The position numbers were made by a program, and so were the translations under genes. Under the pieces are notes generated by a model that worked only from the letters and a program-made list of their open reading frames with translations, was not told the DNA's origin and did not search any database. A stretch of DNA of 64,000 nt, taken from NCBI GenBank assembly GCA_964247055.1, contig OZ176055.1, positions 2,046,001 to 2,110,000 on the forward strand, written 5' to 3'. This DNA is from Paragordius varius. Taxonomy: Eukaryota > Animalia > Nematomorpha. Below, piece after piece: positions 26,050-41,417 of the stretch. The stretch's first letter is position 1. The number at the start of each line of letters is the position of its first letter.

Positions 26050-29000
26050 ATGGTTGTTTTAAACGTAGAAAATGGTCAAAATAAAAATACCAACAATCCG
26101 GTTAACATTGCTAATAATACAAAAGATAAATTAATCACTACTGATAATAAGAGCAAAACTGAATTTGAGCCAAATTATTTTGCCGCGAGGCAAAAAACTC
26201 GAAGTTTTACCAATTTTTCCATCCAAGCCGCTTTTAAATCGTTACGAGGTAACAAAAAACAAGCTACGCCTCCCGCCATAAAACTCTTGACTAATCGACA
26301 AATAGGTGAGGATGTGGAAAATGGTGTTCTTCCAAATGGCATCAAGAATACAACGAATACTCTCTTAATTTCCAAGAAAGCTTATAATAATAATTCTACC
26401 AATACGACGACCTCGACAGTTTTTGACAAAATTTTTAATAATCAGACTACTACTGCTTATCAAACTAATACCGCCATCCATAATTCAGCGAAATGTAGAT
26501 CGAAGTCCAACAAACAAAACCGTAAACTAGAATCATCAATCTTTAAGGAACCAAAAACACTAGCTACTAATGTTTCAAACCAGAATTCGAATGTCAATTC
26601 AAATGATAAAAGCAATAGAGTTGTTCGAAATTCGGCAGAACCAAAGTTAAATTTTTGGGTTAATCGGAATGATTCAACTTTAAGGACTAAAGATTCCATT
26701 AAAATTGCTGAAGTTGATAATTCAAATACGAATAGTGATGCACGCAAAATTAAAAATCATTTCATGTCCCCGGCTAACATAATAATAAAACGGAAAGAAA
26801 GTCTTACGAATCACGATAAAAACGGAGTAAGCAAGAATGAAATACCCATAGTCAATAATTTTGCAGATATTCAAAATGGCTTAAATACCATTGACACTCC
26901 TGAACATTGCGACAAAGATATGTTAATGAAGTTACGACAGGTTTTATGATATTATATTTATTAGTGGATGTTTGATGAATATATATTATATTAAACATCT
27001 AAAAATTTATAAAACTTGCAAGACATTATTTTTAAAACGGGTCAGGAGGTTTTAACGGTTCCAAAAATATGATTAATTTTATTTTTTTAAATTTTAATAC
27101 ATTGTGTTAACCTTATTCATAACATTTTTTAGTTTTAGCTTTTTCGTCACATTGTTTCAAAACAATTAGGCTCTTAAAAATTGAACCGAAAATAGAATTG
27201 TTTATTCCGGAACCGTTTTTTGAAAATTTGAAGCCAGACCAAACAAATTTATTTAAAACTTAAAAAAAGACTTACGTGTAGAATTTGGATATAAAATTTT
27301 GAAAACATGTATATATATACATATTTATTTAATTTCAACATCTTTATTATTTTACAGACAAATATTTTAAAATATTTGGAGACTAAGATATAATTATCGC
27401 ATTATAACCTAAAATAAATTGGATTAAAAATAAAGTAAAAATTTAATTGTCGCCAATATTAAATATATTTGATTACTGTTCTATTTTACCGGAGCATATG
27501 TTTTTTATGGCAGGAAAAACTGAAAGCTGAAAAACGACAATTGGAAGACCTATTACATGCCCTGGGAGTTACCTTGACTAGCAATGAAAGTTCCATGGAG
27601 CTCTTACACCCAGCTATGATTACGGATGCGTTTCACGAAAACCACGGTTTGAAACGAAACATTACCTATTTAGCGTTATCTTAGTACATTTTTAAAAATA
27701 GTTTATACCTTATTCATTATATTAGATGATATTGAAACTAAAAACGAACTTGATGGTGAAAAAGATAAATCTGAATCTAAATCATGTCCCAACACCCCAG
27801 AATCTGGTCGAGCGGATTTTTCTAACCGTCGGCATCAAAGTGCCAAAAACCCTGCCTTCTTCCAATCTATGCGAGAAAGAGTTGATAGAAAACAAGCTTA
27901 CAATAAGCTTGGACATAATTCGCCCATATATTCAACGTTAAAAGAATTAAGACCATCGCTGGGTGTTGATGGATTTTCCCTTAACAATACAGAAACAATT
28001 ACCTCCAATAATAATAATAATACGAATCCCCCTGTTCAGATAACATTTAACGTGTATAAGAATGAGTATGGTACAACACCACCATACCAAACACCTCAAA
28101 ACATAGTAGAAAAGAAAAATGATAAAATTTATGACTTAAATCATTACTTAGGCAATGTAACTGAAAATGACATATATAGCGAATGTATTAAACATCAGGC
28201 CCCAATTCTAGGTTCCCACAATATGATAAAAACTAATGGCTCTCTCCCTAGGCAAAGGAAATTTGGATGCGTTATGCACCACCCTAATAACAATAATAAT
28301 AAAATATTATTAACCGAAAACAAGGTTGACAATTCGTTTGAGCGCGATTACTATCTCGAAAACTCAAATGGCGTTGATGACAACGGTAAATTTTTGCCAC
28401 AAAATACACATATTTAAATATTACAGTGGCTACAAAAAATGAATAGTAAAAATTAAAATATGAGTGCTTAAAAATAAATATAACAAAATATGTAATAAGG
28501 GAGGAAAGAAAAGTGTACTAACCATAGCTATCAATAGGGTTGTGCATTTGACTGCTTTTTCAAAAAAGTCCGGTCAGACCCAGTCAGACCATGATCATGA
28601 CCGTGGTCATGACCACTTTTACTTATTATCATGCATTGGTAAAAGAATTTTCAAATTACACTTGCGTTTAACTAGTAATGTCCTGTTTTTCTTAAAAGTT
28701 TGTATTATACAATTTTTTGATATTTATTATTTACAAATATTTTAATTGTATTTAATCAAGAAATAAATGCTACGTGTTTATGATTTTTTGAATCTTGAAA
28801 TAGATAACTTTCAATATTCGATATTTCAAATAAAATTTTACCAAGTTTGTTTCACACTTTCTTTGTCATTAAAATATTATAGGATTTTCATTTTCTTGGT
28901 TCACATATATGAAATAATTACATATGCAAAAGTGCTTGGTTGTTTTGTTTTTCGAAATAACTGGATATGCTTTAATGCTAATGATATATGGATGCATGTT

Positions 29001-32000
29001 TAACAATTTTTTATTGTTCAAAGAGTTAATTTAAATATTTAATTTTTGTCTTTTAAAAAATATATTAAAAACAATAAATTTACTATTTTTCTTCCATAAA
29101 AAACTAGCAATTTTTCAAAGAACAGCTGTTTGAATGACCATGGTCAAAAAATAAATAGTCACTGACCAGTCATGACCCGGTCAGACCGGGTCATGACTGG
29201 TCAGCACAACCCTAGCTATCAATCATTTATTTTTTGAACACTACGGTATGCCCATTTAATATTACCATTGTTTGCTTTGTTTTTTTTTCGAATTAAAATT
29301 TTTTTTACTTTATTGTTTTGTATTTACTGTAAATTTAATTTTTTATTCTTAGAAATTCTTAGGGTACTTTTATAAAATATATTTATTTATTTACGAATAT
29401 ATTTTTAGGGTTATCAAGGCCGTCAAATACTAAAACTAGTTTTGTTGAATCTCACATATCTAATGATACTTTAATGTCATCAAATTTAAAAAATTCTCCA
29501 GATAAAAACAATAATAATAATTATTTTACCTTTAAGGATTATTATGGAAAGAATAATCAATTAACTGCTAGTCAACTCAATTCAATAGATCCAGGAAAAT
29601 ATATGAATAATTCTAATTCCAATACAAATACAAATAAAAACAATGAAGCATATGATATGGATACTAAGGTAAATATATATATATATGTATTGTCTGTACA
29701 AAAAATTTATATTCTAAAATTGGCTTGAAAATTATTAATAAAATGATTAAAAAATGTCAAATTTTAAGGGCAAATCACACCAAACAAACCCAAAAATTGA
29801 TATTGAGTCCCCACCTTCTCCTAAAAATAACAATAGCAATGGAAATAATCAACAAATTAAAATAGTTTTATCCCTTAAACATAAATCGCTTCAACTCCAA
29901 GCGCTGGAAGAACGAACATTACACCAAGTATGTTATAGTCAAATTTTAGCAAAAATATATACATTGATAAATATTTAACTAATTTTAAAATCGAATAATA
30001 GATTATGTTGGAAAAAACGGCATATGAAAAGGAACAAAATGTTGAAATGCAAGCCCTATTAACAAAACAACGGGAAATTGAAGAGTATAAAAAGGTTGGT
30101 CAAGCCTACCTTGAAAGCCTTGAGAGACAACGAGATGAAGTATTCACTCTATATAAAGTTTATGTGGCAAATTAGTTGAAAGTTTTTTAATAATTCAGTA
30201 AAAATTCAAATTATAAAGGAATAACATACAAATTTATTCACCACTATATTTTTTTGTAAGAAAGGTTGCTTTTCTCCTTAATTGTAGCTTTATAACCTAT
30301 CTATATGATTGATTATTAAATTTGTGTATGTTACCAATTTACAATCTACTAATTATTTCGCAAAAACAATATGGTTATAATATATGGGTTAACTGTTTTT
30401 ATCATTTAAAATTTTATTGTAATTGCAATTCCTTAAACACTACTATTTGATATTTTCTAGAAAATTCAACATTTAACCCGTTTAAAGGGTAACATCTCCA
30501 AGGTTAAAAAGCGTCTATCACTTGTGGATGAAACAGGTACCGATGATTCAAATACCGCCGAATGTCAAAAATCGCAATCCTCAAAAGCTTCCATGGATAT
30601 TGAGGAAGTATATAATAAAATATTTTTTGCAACTTTGAGTTAATTACCTTAAATATCAAAATATTATGCCTAAATATCGGTATATAATTGTTTAATTTAT
30701 TTAGAAAAGAGGTAATATATATATTATTTGAATTCTGTATTCCTCAATCAGTTAAATTAGTCGTAACAAATTGTCCGTTGTAGATATTTTAATTAAATAT
30801 TAATATATTTAATCGTTTTCATATTCTTTCAAAAATTTTATAATTTCAGTTTAATATATTTGTTTTTTTATTTCAATCAACTTATTTTTTCCCCTGATAA
30901 ATTTTATCTTAGATGCAAAATTCCTCAATCGATCAACAGTATGAGGAATTAGAATTTTTAATCGTTGAAATGGACAGCAAAATCGAGGAGGAAAAAGACC
31001 GAATTAAACGCAAAATTACGGCACAGGCTGCAAGATATTCGGAAAAATGTCAATATGTTAAGGTTTTCACAAAAAAACTTATTATTTTTCCAATTTTTAA
31101 TAGTTATTAAAAGTTTTGGAATATTTTTGGATTTATATTTTCATTCGATTTCGAGCATTATTTTCGAAACCATGTAAATATATTATATGAATACATAAAT
31201 TGTAGGAAAAATTGTGTAACCCTAAAACATCGTACATTGAAACGATAAATCGATTAGAACAACACGTACAATTCTTAAGGGATGAACATAAGCGGATTGA
31301 TATGCTTTTGGAAGTGGTAAATAATTTGTTTAGTATGATATATTTTTGGAATTAATATTTAGTAAATTAAATGGCATAAAGTATGGAAAATTGAATATTT
31401 AGCAGAATTTTTTTTCGTTAAAATATGCAAACTTATGTACTTTTCTAATTAAACAACAACTAGTTTTTAAATGAATGAATTTTATAGTATGAAAGTTATT
31501 TTCAACCAACCATATTAAAGAGTAAAAATTTTAATTATCCAAACTTTAATTCGAATGTTACCATGAGTTTTTAAAACTTTAAATTCTTATATCAATTTCT
31601 CTTTAAACACTACTTAAAAGGAAAGTCAAAAACTTATTAACGGTCACAACACCATTGTTAACACTGATAAAATGTTGGAAGAACAAAGCTTTTTTTCTGC
31701 CACTACTGATTCAGCTTTGGGTGTTTCAAATAAAGAATTGCAAACATCATCACCTCAAGTATGGATAGTTAATAATAATTTACAGAAATTTTGATAAGAT
31801 GTTTAAACCTATCTAAAAAATGTTTTATTGTCCTTTAAATTTAGGGAATAGATAAATCTGAAGGGGTGAACAGTAATGGCGAAAGTAGGTCTAACACCGA
31901 AAGTTTGGATAGCGCACTAAAAGATTCAAGTAATACTCAATATTCATTTTAATTAAAACTTTTTTATTTTTAAGTCAATAAAAAGGTTACTGTGGTTATC

Positions 32001-35000
32001 AATCATTTTTATTTTTTATAGTAATATACAATTTATGGCGAGTATTTTATAATTGAAACATACATAAATTTGGCTACGATGCAATTTACTAACATAAGAA
32101 AAATTTTGATTTGATATTGTTATTATTGATATAGCATTTAAAAATTTAAATTATCCAAATTTTGAAAATTATTCTTTTAAAAACCTCGGCCATAAAAACT
32201 TTGATACAATTACCCTCATATATCTTATGATAATTCACTAAGTATTTCCAAAAATGTTTTTGAAATAAACATATTTGCGTAACATAGGTGAATCGCTTAG
32301 AAAACGCGCTTCCCAAGAAATTCAAACGTTTTGGAAAAACTTAGCTTTAGCTTCTTCATCCCATATTCACACCGTAAATGGTATTGATAATCCAAAATTA
32401 GTGACAAAAACTTTAGATAATATGTCACCAGAAAGTGACGTTGAGACTCATGCCCAAAATGTTTCCGAGAAAACGTCAAATTTTACTGATACAAAAATCA
32501 ATGATTTTAATGAGGATAAAAATAAAGCCAACAAAGTTATGTATGAGGAAGTCATCTATTCACAAATCCATAAAAGTTTCACAAACAGCCCAAAGGGAAA
32601 TGATCAACCTTTTCCAAAAGAAACCAAAGAAAAATCTTGCCATGCAAAAACGGACCCTAAAACTAAAAGGCAATCATCGGAGCTGAGAGATAAAAAACTT
32701 ATGACTAATAATTATGCTTCAATCGATGTTATTACAAACTCTTCATCGCCTGAAAACACTGCAGAAATGAATCGTAAAAAATTGGCGCAATATGAACAAA
32801 CTTTAAAGTTAATCATTTAATTATGTGGAATATTGAAATTGAATTTGATAAATTATATATAAAATCGAATGAATATATTTATTATTTACTTAATATATTA
32901 TTTAGGATTCTTGAATCAAATGAAAATGGTGCACAGGTATATATTTTAAGTAGTTTTTACTTTTGTGTAGACAAAAATTACTATCAAAATGAGTCACTAT
33001 AATCTCTTAAAGTAATGAGAGATATACCTTAATTTCATAAAGATTTTAACGTTATTACCAAATATCGTGTGGCGCATTTTATTCTTTTACTATACTTAAA
33101 TGTATTGTATAGGTAAATTTAATATTAATATTGACCAAAGGAAATTTTTATAAGTATAATAAATTTTGTCAATAGCAGTGATTTACTTGATTTTTCGAGA
33201 AATTTTCAAACTTTTCATAATTTAGTTTAATGGCACTATTTGTAGACTTGATTTTGTTCGATAAATATCTATCAAATCATAAATATAAATCATCTGTATA
33301 TGAGTAATTGGAATATTTTTACGTTTTTACTTTAATTTAATTAATTTTTTTTACACCAAATAGCTAACTGATCGGGAATTTAGTTCATTTTCATCCTTTC
33401 CTAGTAGTTTAAACCTTTCATCTTCCAATAAGCACTCTTCATCACCACCCCTCAATCCACACCATGAGACAAAGTTTGCAGAAAAAAGCGATAGTATTAA
33501 AAATAATGTTTTACAAAAGTCTAATAATTGTGAACATAACCTTATCAGTAATTCTAGCAACTCCTCTAAGCTAATGTCAATCCCTTGCGGTCATATTCAA
33601 TATTGCCCGGCTTCTATGGAAATCCCTCTTTTATCAGAAAATTATCAAAATAATTACAATTACAATGATATATTGAGACAAATGTCAAGAAATAAAGAAT
33701 ATACCTTGCCCAATCAGATCGGTATGCCAAATATCATGGGTCAAAGTTTCATTTCACATCAATCTAAATTGTCACAAACTAACTCTACATTGCCTGACAC
33801 TCAAGGAAAACAGAATGGTGGTGTTTTAAATTTTATCGAGAATAATCACAAAAATATTAGTAAATCTGAATACCCTTATTATTACTTAAATAAAACTAAT
33901 GTTTCAATGGCGGGTACACCCTGCTTTGATCGCTATAGTTATGCAAAACATAAAACTGACCTAAACAGTGTAAATTCAACCCTAAAAAATGATATTGTCA
34001 ATAGGTCCATTTATAATGAAAATAATAAAATTAATTATTATTATGCCCGGCGACCAAATTTAAACAATTGCAATCACACTAATAGAACAATGATATCAAA
34101 TCTAAATGCTGAAGGACAATACCATCGTTACGAAGGCTATTATGATCAAATAGTTTATGATGTGCTTAGAAATTCTGCTGGCAATAACTTAAATGGGAAT
34201 AACACAGCTACAGCCCTCAACAATTATCAAACGCCAGTTAATCAAACTCAAACATTTGCTAATAATAATAATATGGTAAATAATTTACGAGAATATGTAT
34301 ATGGTAGGGTATGTATTTCACCTCTTTCAACAACCACAGTAAACGGCGGAAAAATCTCTCAAAGGTCCATGAATGGCAATAAAAGTAAAAAAGGGAAAAA
34401 TGCCTCCAGTTTTAGACTTAAAAAAACTGAAACTATCCTTCAAAGTTTAGAGGCATTGGGGATCGGAAATACAGAACGATATGTTTGTCTAAGCAAAACA
34501 TGTGCCCGTGGATTTTTACACGTAACATCTATTGCATTCAAATTTGATCATTATTTTTTTTTCAATATTTTTTATATGTTAAATAATTTGCTTAAAAATA
34601 AAATATATTTAAATCAAGAATATGCTATTGTTAAATTACATTATGCTTCATATTTATTGTTTTTTTTAGAAATTGAATACGTCCTTCAAGAGCTGGCAAA
34701 AGCGCTGGTTTGTATTCGATATGTTGAAACAACGAGTCACCTATTACCTGGATAAAACTGAAACTAAAGCCAAAGAAATCATTTACTTCCAATCTATTCA
34801 CGAGGTTTGATAACAAATTTTGTTTGTTGGATTGATTATAAAATTTGGATTATATATTGCAATACCTTAATATAATTGTAAGACAAAATAAATTGCTTTT
34901 TTGTAATATTCTTTAGATAATAAAATAATAGTTTTTATTGCATAATTAATTCAAATCCTAGTATTTTTTGTCATAAATTTTACCAAAACATTTTAATTTT

Positions 35001-35212
35001 TCTAATATATATATTCTTTTGTGGCGCAGGCTTATCGAGATTACTGTTCTGGGCCAAGCTTTAAACCACCTGTTTTAGCGGGCTTTTTTGCCCTAAAGAC
35101 ACAAGAACGGCTGTTTTATTTATGCGCCCCGACCAAAGAATGTGCCGACCTTTGGATAGAAGTTTTCAATTCTGCACTCAATTTGTTAGCGTCGGAATAT
35201 CATTTAAAATAA
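26050..35212 (+). CDS. PHLDB: PHLDB/LL5-like protein: Asn-rich disordered N-terminus, coiled coils, C-terminal PH domain
   Basis: Exons 26050-26940, 27514-27646, 27726-28385, 29409-29668, 29769-29927, 30002-30139, 30461-30607, 30913-31062, 31206-31316, 31621-31758, 31845-31929, 32289-32807, 32906-32936, 33364-34521, 34670-34804 and 35030-35212 join in phase. The C-terminus SKTCARGFLH|KLNTSFKSWQKRWFVFDMLKQRVTYYLDKTETKAKEIIYFQSIHE|AY..FALKTQERLFYLCAPTKECADLWI matches the LL5 PH domain as I recall it ([53 protein letters not shown]). Confidence 0.82.
28535..29214. mobile_element. Non-autonomous hAT element with a perfect 8-bp target-site duplication
   Basis: GCTATCAA|TAGGGTTGTGC ... GCACAACCCTA|GCTATCAA; 680 bp; subterminal GACC/GGTC and TCATGA motifs at both ends; lies in an intron of the PHLDB-like gene. 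Confidence 0.9.
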
Positions 35213-35719
35213 AATTGAAAGATATTATCAGATTTTTTTTTGGTTCAATTTTAGCAAAAATACCTCAATTAACTTTTATATGATACCAATATGTACTACT
35301 TAATCCATTTTTATGGTTTTAATCACCAACAATTACAATTTACTAAGGTTGTATTTATGATATATGGTGCTTATCTTTTTTAAATTTTTGAATTAATTTC
35401 TAAATATGATCTATTTTTATTATATAAATTGCATTTTTCATCAATAATATTGATAACCGTCCCTTTATGTTTTTTTGTACCTGGAGTTTGCTGTGTAATT
35501 TTTTATTATGCATATGCCCATTTTTACAATTTTTTTTGATACACATAATATAATTTTAATTTTTTGCATATAATTTAAATTTCAAAACTAATTTTTATTT
35601 AATGTTTCTTTTTATTGAAACAAAAAGCTATACATTAGTCAAAAAATTTATATTACTTTATTTATGTGACTCACAATTATTTATACGATATAATAAATGA
35701 CTTTGGACATACATTTGTA

Positions 35720-35971
35720 CAGTAAAAATTAAAATTATACGGACAAAGCTAAAAATACAATAACAAATATTTTTTTATAACACAACCATACTTTTTTAAA
35801 ACTTAATTTTTCCAATATAAATTATTTAATTATAATTGTGTGTAATTGATTGTTTTACCTATATCTCTATTTTTATATTTTAAAATTTTAAACACTGATT
35901 TATATTTAAAAAATTAAGATTAAAAGAATATTTGTCTTTACGTTTTGTTCGTTTAATTTCAATTTTTACTG
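35720..35971. mobile_element. MITE family B copy
   Basis: ta|cagtaaaaattaaaattatacggacaaag ... cgttttgttcgtttaatttcaatttttactg. Confidence 0.7.
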
Positions 35972-36448
35972 TTATATTTAAAAAATAAGTTTGAATACTT
36001 TGAAATATCATATTTATGAGCGGATTTTTAAAATAAATATTTCGAATTTATTATTCAATAATTTATTTTTCAAAAAAACAATAATATATAAATTAATGGA
36101 TGGGTTCAAAATTTGGTATGGTTGCTTCAATATCAACAGGACCAATGGAATGTTTCCTACGATGTTATCAAAATATATATTTTTAATTATAGAGTAAGAA
36201 TTACTTTTGAACAATAAGATGAGTTACCTATTTTATTTTTTAATTTTTGCGCAATGTATGTATATCAGGGATATGCTATAAAAATGACTTTCATATGACT
36301 TAAACTACTCTGCGGGTTCCATCATTGGTGAAATTTAGTGAAATCGCGTATATATAGAAATGGTTGTGTTTAATAACAAAATTTTAAGTATATAAACCAA
36401 ATATATTACAACAAATTGTTATTAGAGAAAAGTAAAAATATAAATAGT

Positions 36449-39400
36449 TTAAAGATACCCAAATCTACGCATTCGTCCGACATTAGGTTCAATATCTGAA
36501 ACCACAGGGGGCCACTTTGTTAATTTTTTTAACTCGAGTTCAACCCTTTGCCATCGGACATATTTGGGATTCATACAATTTTTTTGAATGTTTACGTATA
36601 AAACTTTAACCAGAAATTCCTAAGAGATAAATCAAATTTATATATGGTAAATTTGATAATTTTTATCAAGATCTTATTTAGCGTCAGAGTTATTAAATTA
36701 TACTTTGGCGACAAGCATGAGAAATCCGTTAACTATTGCAACACCCAAAATGGTTTGTCGAAATTCCATTGATGGAAAAACGTAATACTAAATAAAAATG
36801 ATTAATTTAAGTATCTTATATAAAATAATTTATGACAGAAATTATTACAGTTGATTATTTATAATTAAAAAAATTAATATAATTAACCATATTTGCCATT
36901 ATCTTATTTAACTGGATATTAGCTGCAAAAAAATTGATCAGTATGACCGCTTTTTTACAATCACAGCTAATGAATGCATACATGCTAAAGTTTACATATG
37001 ATTACACTTGTAAAAAGAGTTTTTGAAAAAGTTTGATAAATCATATGTTGCTAATTATCATTGTCATATAAAGGAAATTATCAGTATAACTGAAAAGTCA
37101 GGTACAAAAATTATTGTAATACCTTAATAAGCGTATGAAACCTATCTGATTCCGACACCGTGATATAGACGTTAACAACAAACACTCCAATCATGTAGGT
37201 TATGAGCCAATCTTTCATGTAAAAAAATAAGTCAAATGAAATAAAAAAGTAATGAATAACTCACAATTTTTATAAATCGGTTTTCGATGAGGCTTTCCCT
37301 CAAAGTATGCAATAGCTAGATACAAGTATTGAAAAGTTGTAAGGGAAAATATGGCTGATTCTTCATAACTGCTATAATCTCGTTTATGTTGGGGATTGTG
37401 TTGGACCCACCTGTATAAATATATAAATTGGTGCATCAAAAAGAAGTACTTCTTGAGCATTATGGAGGAACTGGGATTATAGAACCAGTATTAATTCTCG
37501 AAAAACCGTTTTGGAACCGATAATAAAAAAACGGGTTAAAATTCTTAAGGGTATATTTAAAATTTTATCTCGTGTTTCCACCCTTAGATCTAAATTAGTT
37601 AACATTTCAAAGCATTTTGAAAAATTTATATTTATGACGAGTCCTGATATATCTTTAGTAACTATTTTTATAACCATATTTGCCAAGTAGTGAGTTTGAA
37701 GACGGTTAATTGTATAGTCATATTGATGCCAATGTATGTTAGTAAGGAGAGAAATGGTATAAAACCAAATAAACTGATGTCCGGATACCGCGCTGATAAT
37801 TCCTTATTCGATTTTCCTAATGAAGCTAAATCACATATTGTAATAAATTAACATTCAAAATGTTTTAAATATTTAACTTTTTCTATAATGGTACTTACAA
37901 AGATCTATAAGAAGTGTTAAAAGGATAAGATCCAAGTACAGGTATTGCCCATCAGGCAAATCGGATCTTATCTACATAATTGAAAAAATCATTAGGGACA
38001 TAACAGTTTTGAGACAAAAATTATTCAAAAGATTTTATGACCCTGGAACTCATACGGTTCCTAGCGGCTCCAGAATGATTTTTGTTCTTTTTTATATATT
38101 TAATTGGTTATAAATATCGTTTGAAGTATATTTGAATCCAGAAAAAAAGACATACAAACATATATCACTATATATATGTTTATGATTCTGAGGTTATGAT
38201 ATAGCTATAAGTTGAAACTGAAATTGATATCATTTGAACAAAAAATAAGCAAATTATTCTGATTGAAGCATTTTTCCGGATGTGTTTTTCCAAAAAGATT
38301 TTGTGGATGAACTGGAACCACATGGCTTCTACCAAAATTAAAAACGGTTCCGATTCTCCCTTATAATAATTATTTTTTCGATATATTGCATAAAATTACC
38401 CAGCTTAGCAGAAGGATAGATATAACTTGTAAACAACTGTATATTGCAATGTATTGAAAAACCCCAAAAGATGTAGATAGAGCGGCTCGTCCTTCTCTAT
38501 ATGAAATACAAAAAATTTGGTGAAAATCACTTTTGACTTAACATAATTAAATAAAAAGTTTTTTTAAATAAGGTGAACCTTAAAACATTTTTAACGCATG
38601 TAATATTTTGAACGTTAGATATAAAATTGGCGGCAATCGATGTCTCAGCCTGGGAAAGGGAAATTCCAGCATGAGCCTCCTTTAAAGCTCGACAATCATT
38701 TGAACCATCTCCACACATTGCCACGTAATATTCCATTTCTTTCAATGATTCGACTAATTGGGCTTTTTGTTCGGGGAGCATACGGGCAAATATGCACCCT
38801 TTAACCATTAACTAAAACATTTAAACGGAAATCAATATGTGAACGCATTTTTTAGGCAAATTAAAGGGGTTCTTGGGGTTTCAAAAACAGAGACGGTACT
38901 CAAAATATTTAATTGAACCTATAAATTTTGTGGTTAAATATTCATGAGAAATTGTGGTATTAATTGAAATTAAATTCAGCAATAATTCATTCAAAACATG
39001 TGTCTTTCATTCTAGTATTCTTATATATAAAATAAAACTAAAATATAATAATTTGTATTTTAAACGATTTCGTTCAGCATTTCCACCCTTGAACACAATA
39101 AATGTCAAAAAAGGTTGTTTCTTAACGTAATTTGCACTATGTAAAAAATAGCTATTTAAAAATTTATATAATTTGGTTTCCTGAATTTCTATCCTAGATA
39201 CCAATTTGGATATTAATATTGCAATTGTATTAAATTATGTAAGAATCGAACAAAGTTATCTATTGTAAGTTGTTGTTGTGTATTAAGTAAATTTTGGTCA
39301 AAAAGATTGGTTTTTTGGATAATTGTTAAGAATTTTCCCAAAAATATATGATTGTAGAGAAAACTTTTGGAAAGGTTGTAATTTTATAGTTTTTATTCAG

Positions 39401-41374
39401 TATTATTAACCTCCAACTGTTTTGGTATAATATTTACATAAATATACATACACAGTTTTTTAATTACAAGATTAATATAAATAAACCTAAAGACATTACA
39501 AACAAAGCTGTCGTAAAAATAAATATTATAATTTGCACACATATGAACCTACTTTTATGCTGTATTTGTAAATATTTTAAAAAATTATGTTAAACACCCT
39601 GATGTAAATTATTAACTGATCACTTGAATCAGAATTCAATTTTTTATATGATAGTTAAGCTTGAATAAATTATTGAAAACATCAGCCTTGATGAGTTAGA
39701 ACCACCAATTTTACGCTTCTTTTTATCGTTTACCTTAGGTATGATGTCAGGAAAATACTTTCGAACCATCTCAAACGATTCCCCTGATATGGCCAAAATG
39801 TATGGAATGTTGTTAGTATTTTCCATATCATCAAAAAAATAATCAGTTGTGAAATGCTGTGATTAAAAATATAATTATTAAGGGTTTGCAAAAAAATATT
39901 TGTAATAATAATTTGGTATAATTTAATATTAAAAGTCAGCAATTATTATCGAAACTAAAATATTGATTTTCAGTAATCATTGTTATATGCTAAATTTTTT
40001 GAAACTAAATCTTATTTTTTGATTAATATTATCGTTCTCAAAGTTTTAAAGCTGCTTAAAAAATCATAAGCGCGACTTTTGTCTTCACTATAAAATAAAA
40101 TCATAATTTTTATAACTAAAATCCATGATTTACATTTTACATTAAAATTTATGTTAATTGTTATTTGCCATTAATAAAACCCTCCTGCATCAGACTACAA
40201 AAAGCCAATATTTATTACAGTTTTCTTACATCTAGAGTCAGGTATCTCGATCCAATTTGAATCAATATATTGCTGTAATTTGAAAGCTTAATTCTAAGTA
40301 TTTATATTTTTCAGCAAATTTTAGAGTTAGCACTTGATCTATTTTCATTTTTTTGTACGCGAAGACGTGGGGCATTTTTCTAGCACACAATTCAAAATGG
40401 TAAATTTAATAATTTTTAGAAAGTTGTTTTGGAAATTTAAAGGCTTATATTTTACAATTTTCTAACATCTGCCAATAGCTTCCGAATACGACTCTAACCG
40501 GGATAGAAATAAATATCAAATTTTTGCAAATCAATGAAACCTGAAAACCTTTTAAATTTCAATATTTACAATTTTTAACCATAATATTATTGCCTTGTTG
40601 CATTTATTAAAAAATCTATGAAAAAAGGAGGCGAAAAGTTTGAGATCAGAGTATTTTCACCGCCTCAATTTTCATGAAATTTTTTGTATCCTGCACCAAA
40701 AAGACTAAATTATGAAATTTTGATTAAGGCTAAAAATGACATATATTAATTGGGATAATAAATTACCCACATAAAATGTTAAAAAATTTCATATCAAAAA
40801 AGGGGAAAATTTTGATTTGAGGATATTACAAATTTACATTTTATAAGATTTTTGGTTAAAGAACGTATATTTTGAAACAACCTCAAAACCATGAATCAAA
40901 TTAAAAGGGAATGGAGGTTAGTTAAATATGTGTGTCTTAAACGTTTTAAATCGCATCCAGCTATATAATTAGTTTTACCATTCTAACCTAAAAAAGTGTA
41001 TTTTAAAATACAGGAAAAATCAATAAAGTTTATTATATTAATATATCTAAATTATCCAGTATAAATTTTATATTATTATGTGTTTCTCTCTATATTAGTG
41101 AAAATAAATTAGATTATTTTATTTATGCACAACTATCAATTTGTTTGTAAAGTTTTTTATTTACCTAGTGTACTATTAAAACCAACTCACGCTTCTTACC
41201 GTGTGCTCAAAGATATCATTTTTTGCATCTTGTTCTGTGTTATTCAGGTAAATATATCTTATTTCTTGTGCTTTTCCAGGTCCACCCTCAGCAATTATAT
41301 TTATTATTTTTTCAGATTTTTTAATTAGGCCACATTGTTTTGCGATTGACAAAGTTGTATGCATACCATCCCCT

Positions 41375-41417
<43 letters not shown>

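Noticed and set aside
28464-29003. ORFs inside the hAT element as a transposase
   Set aside because: Short, AT-biased and without hAT motifs; the element is only 680 bp.
36870-36990. Extra ATPase exon
   Set aside because: Exons 37211-37123 and 36787-36704 join in phase and match the family without it.
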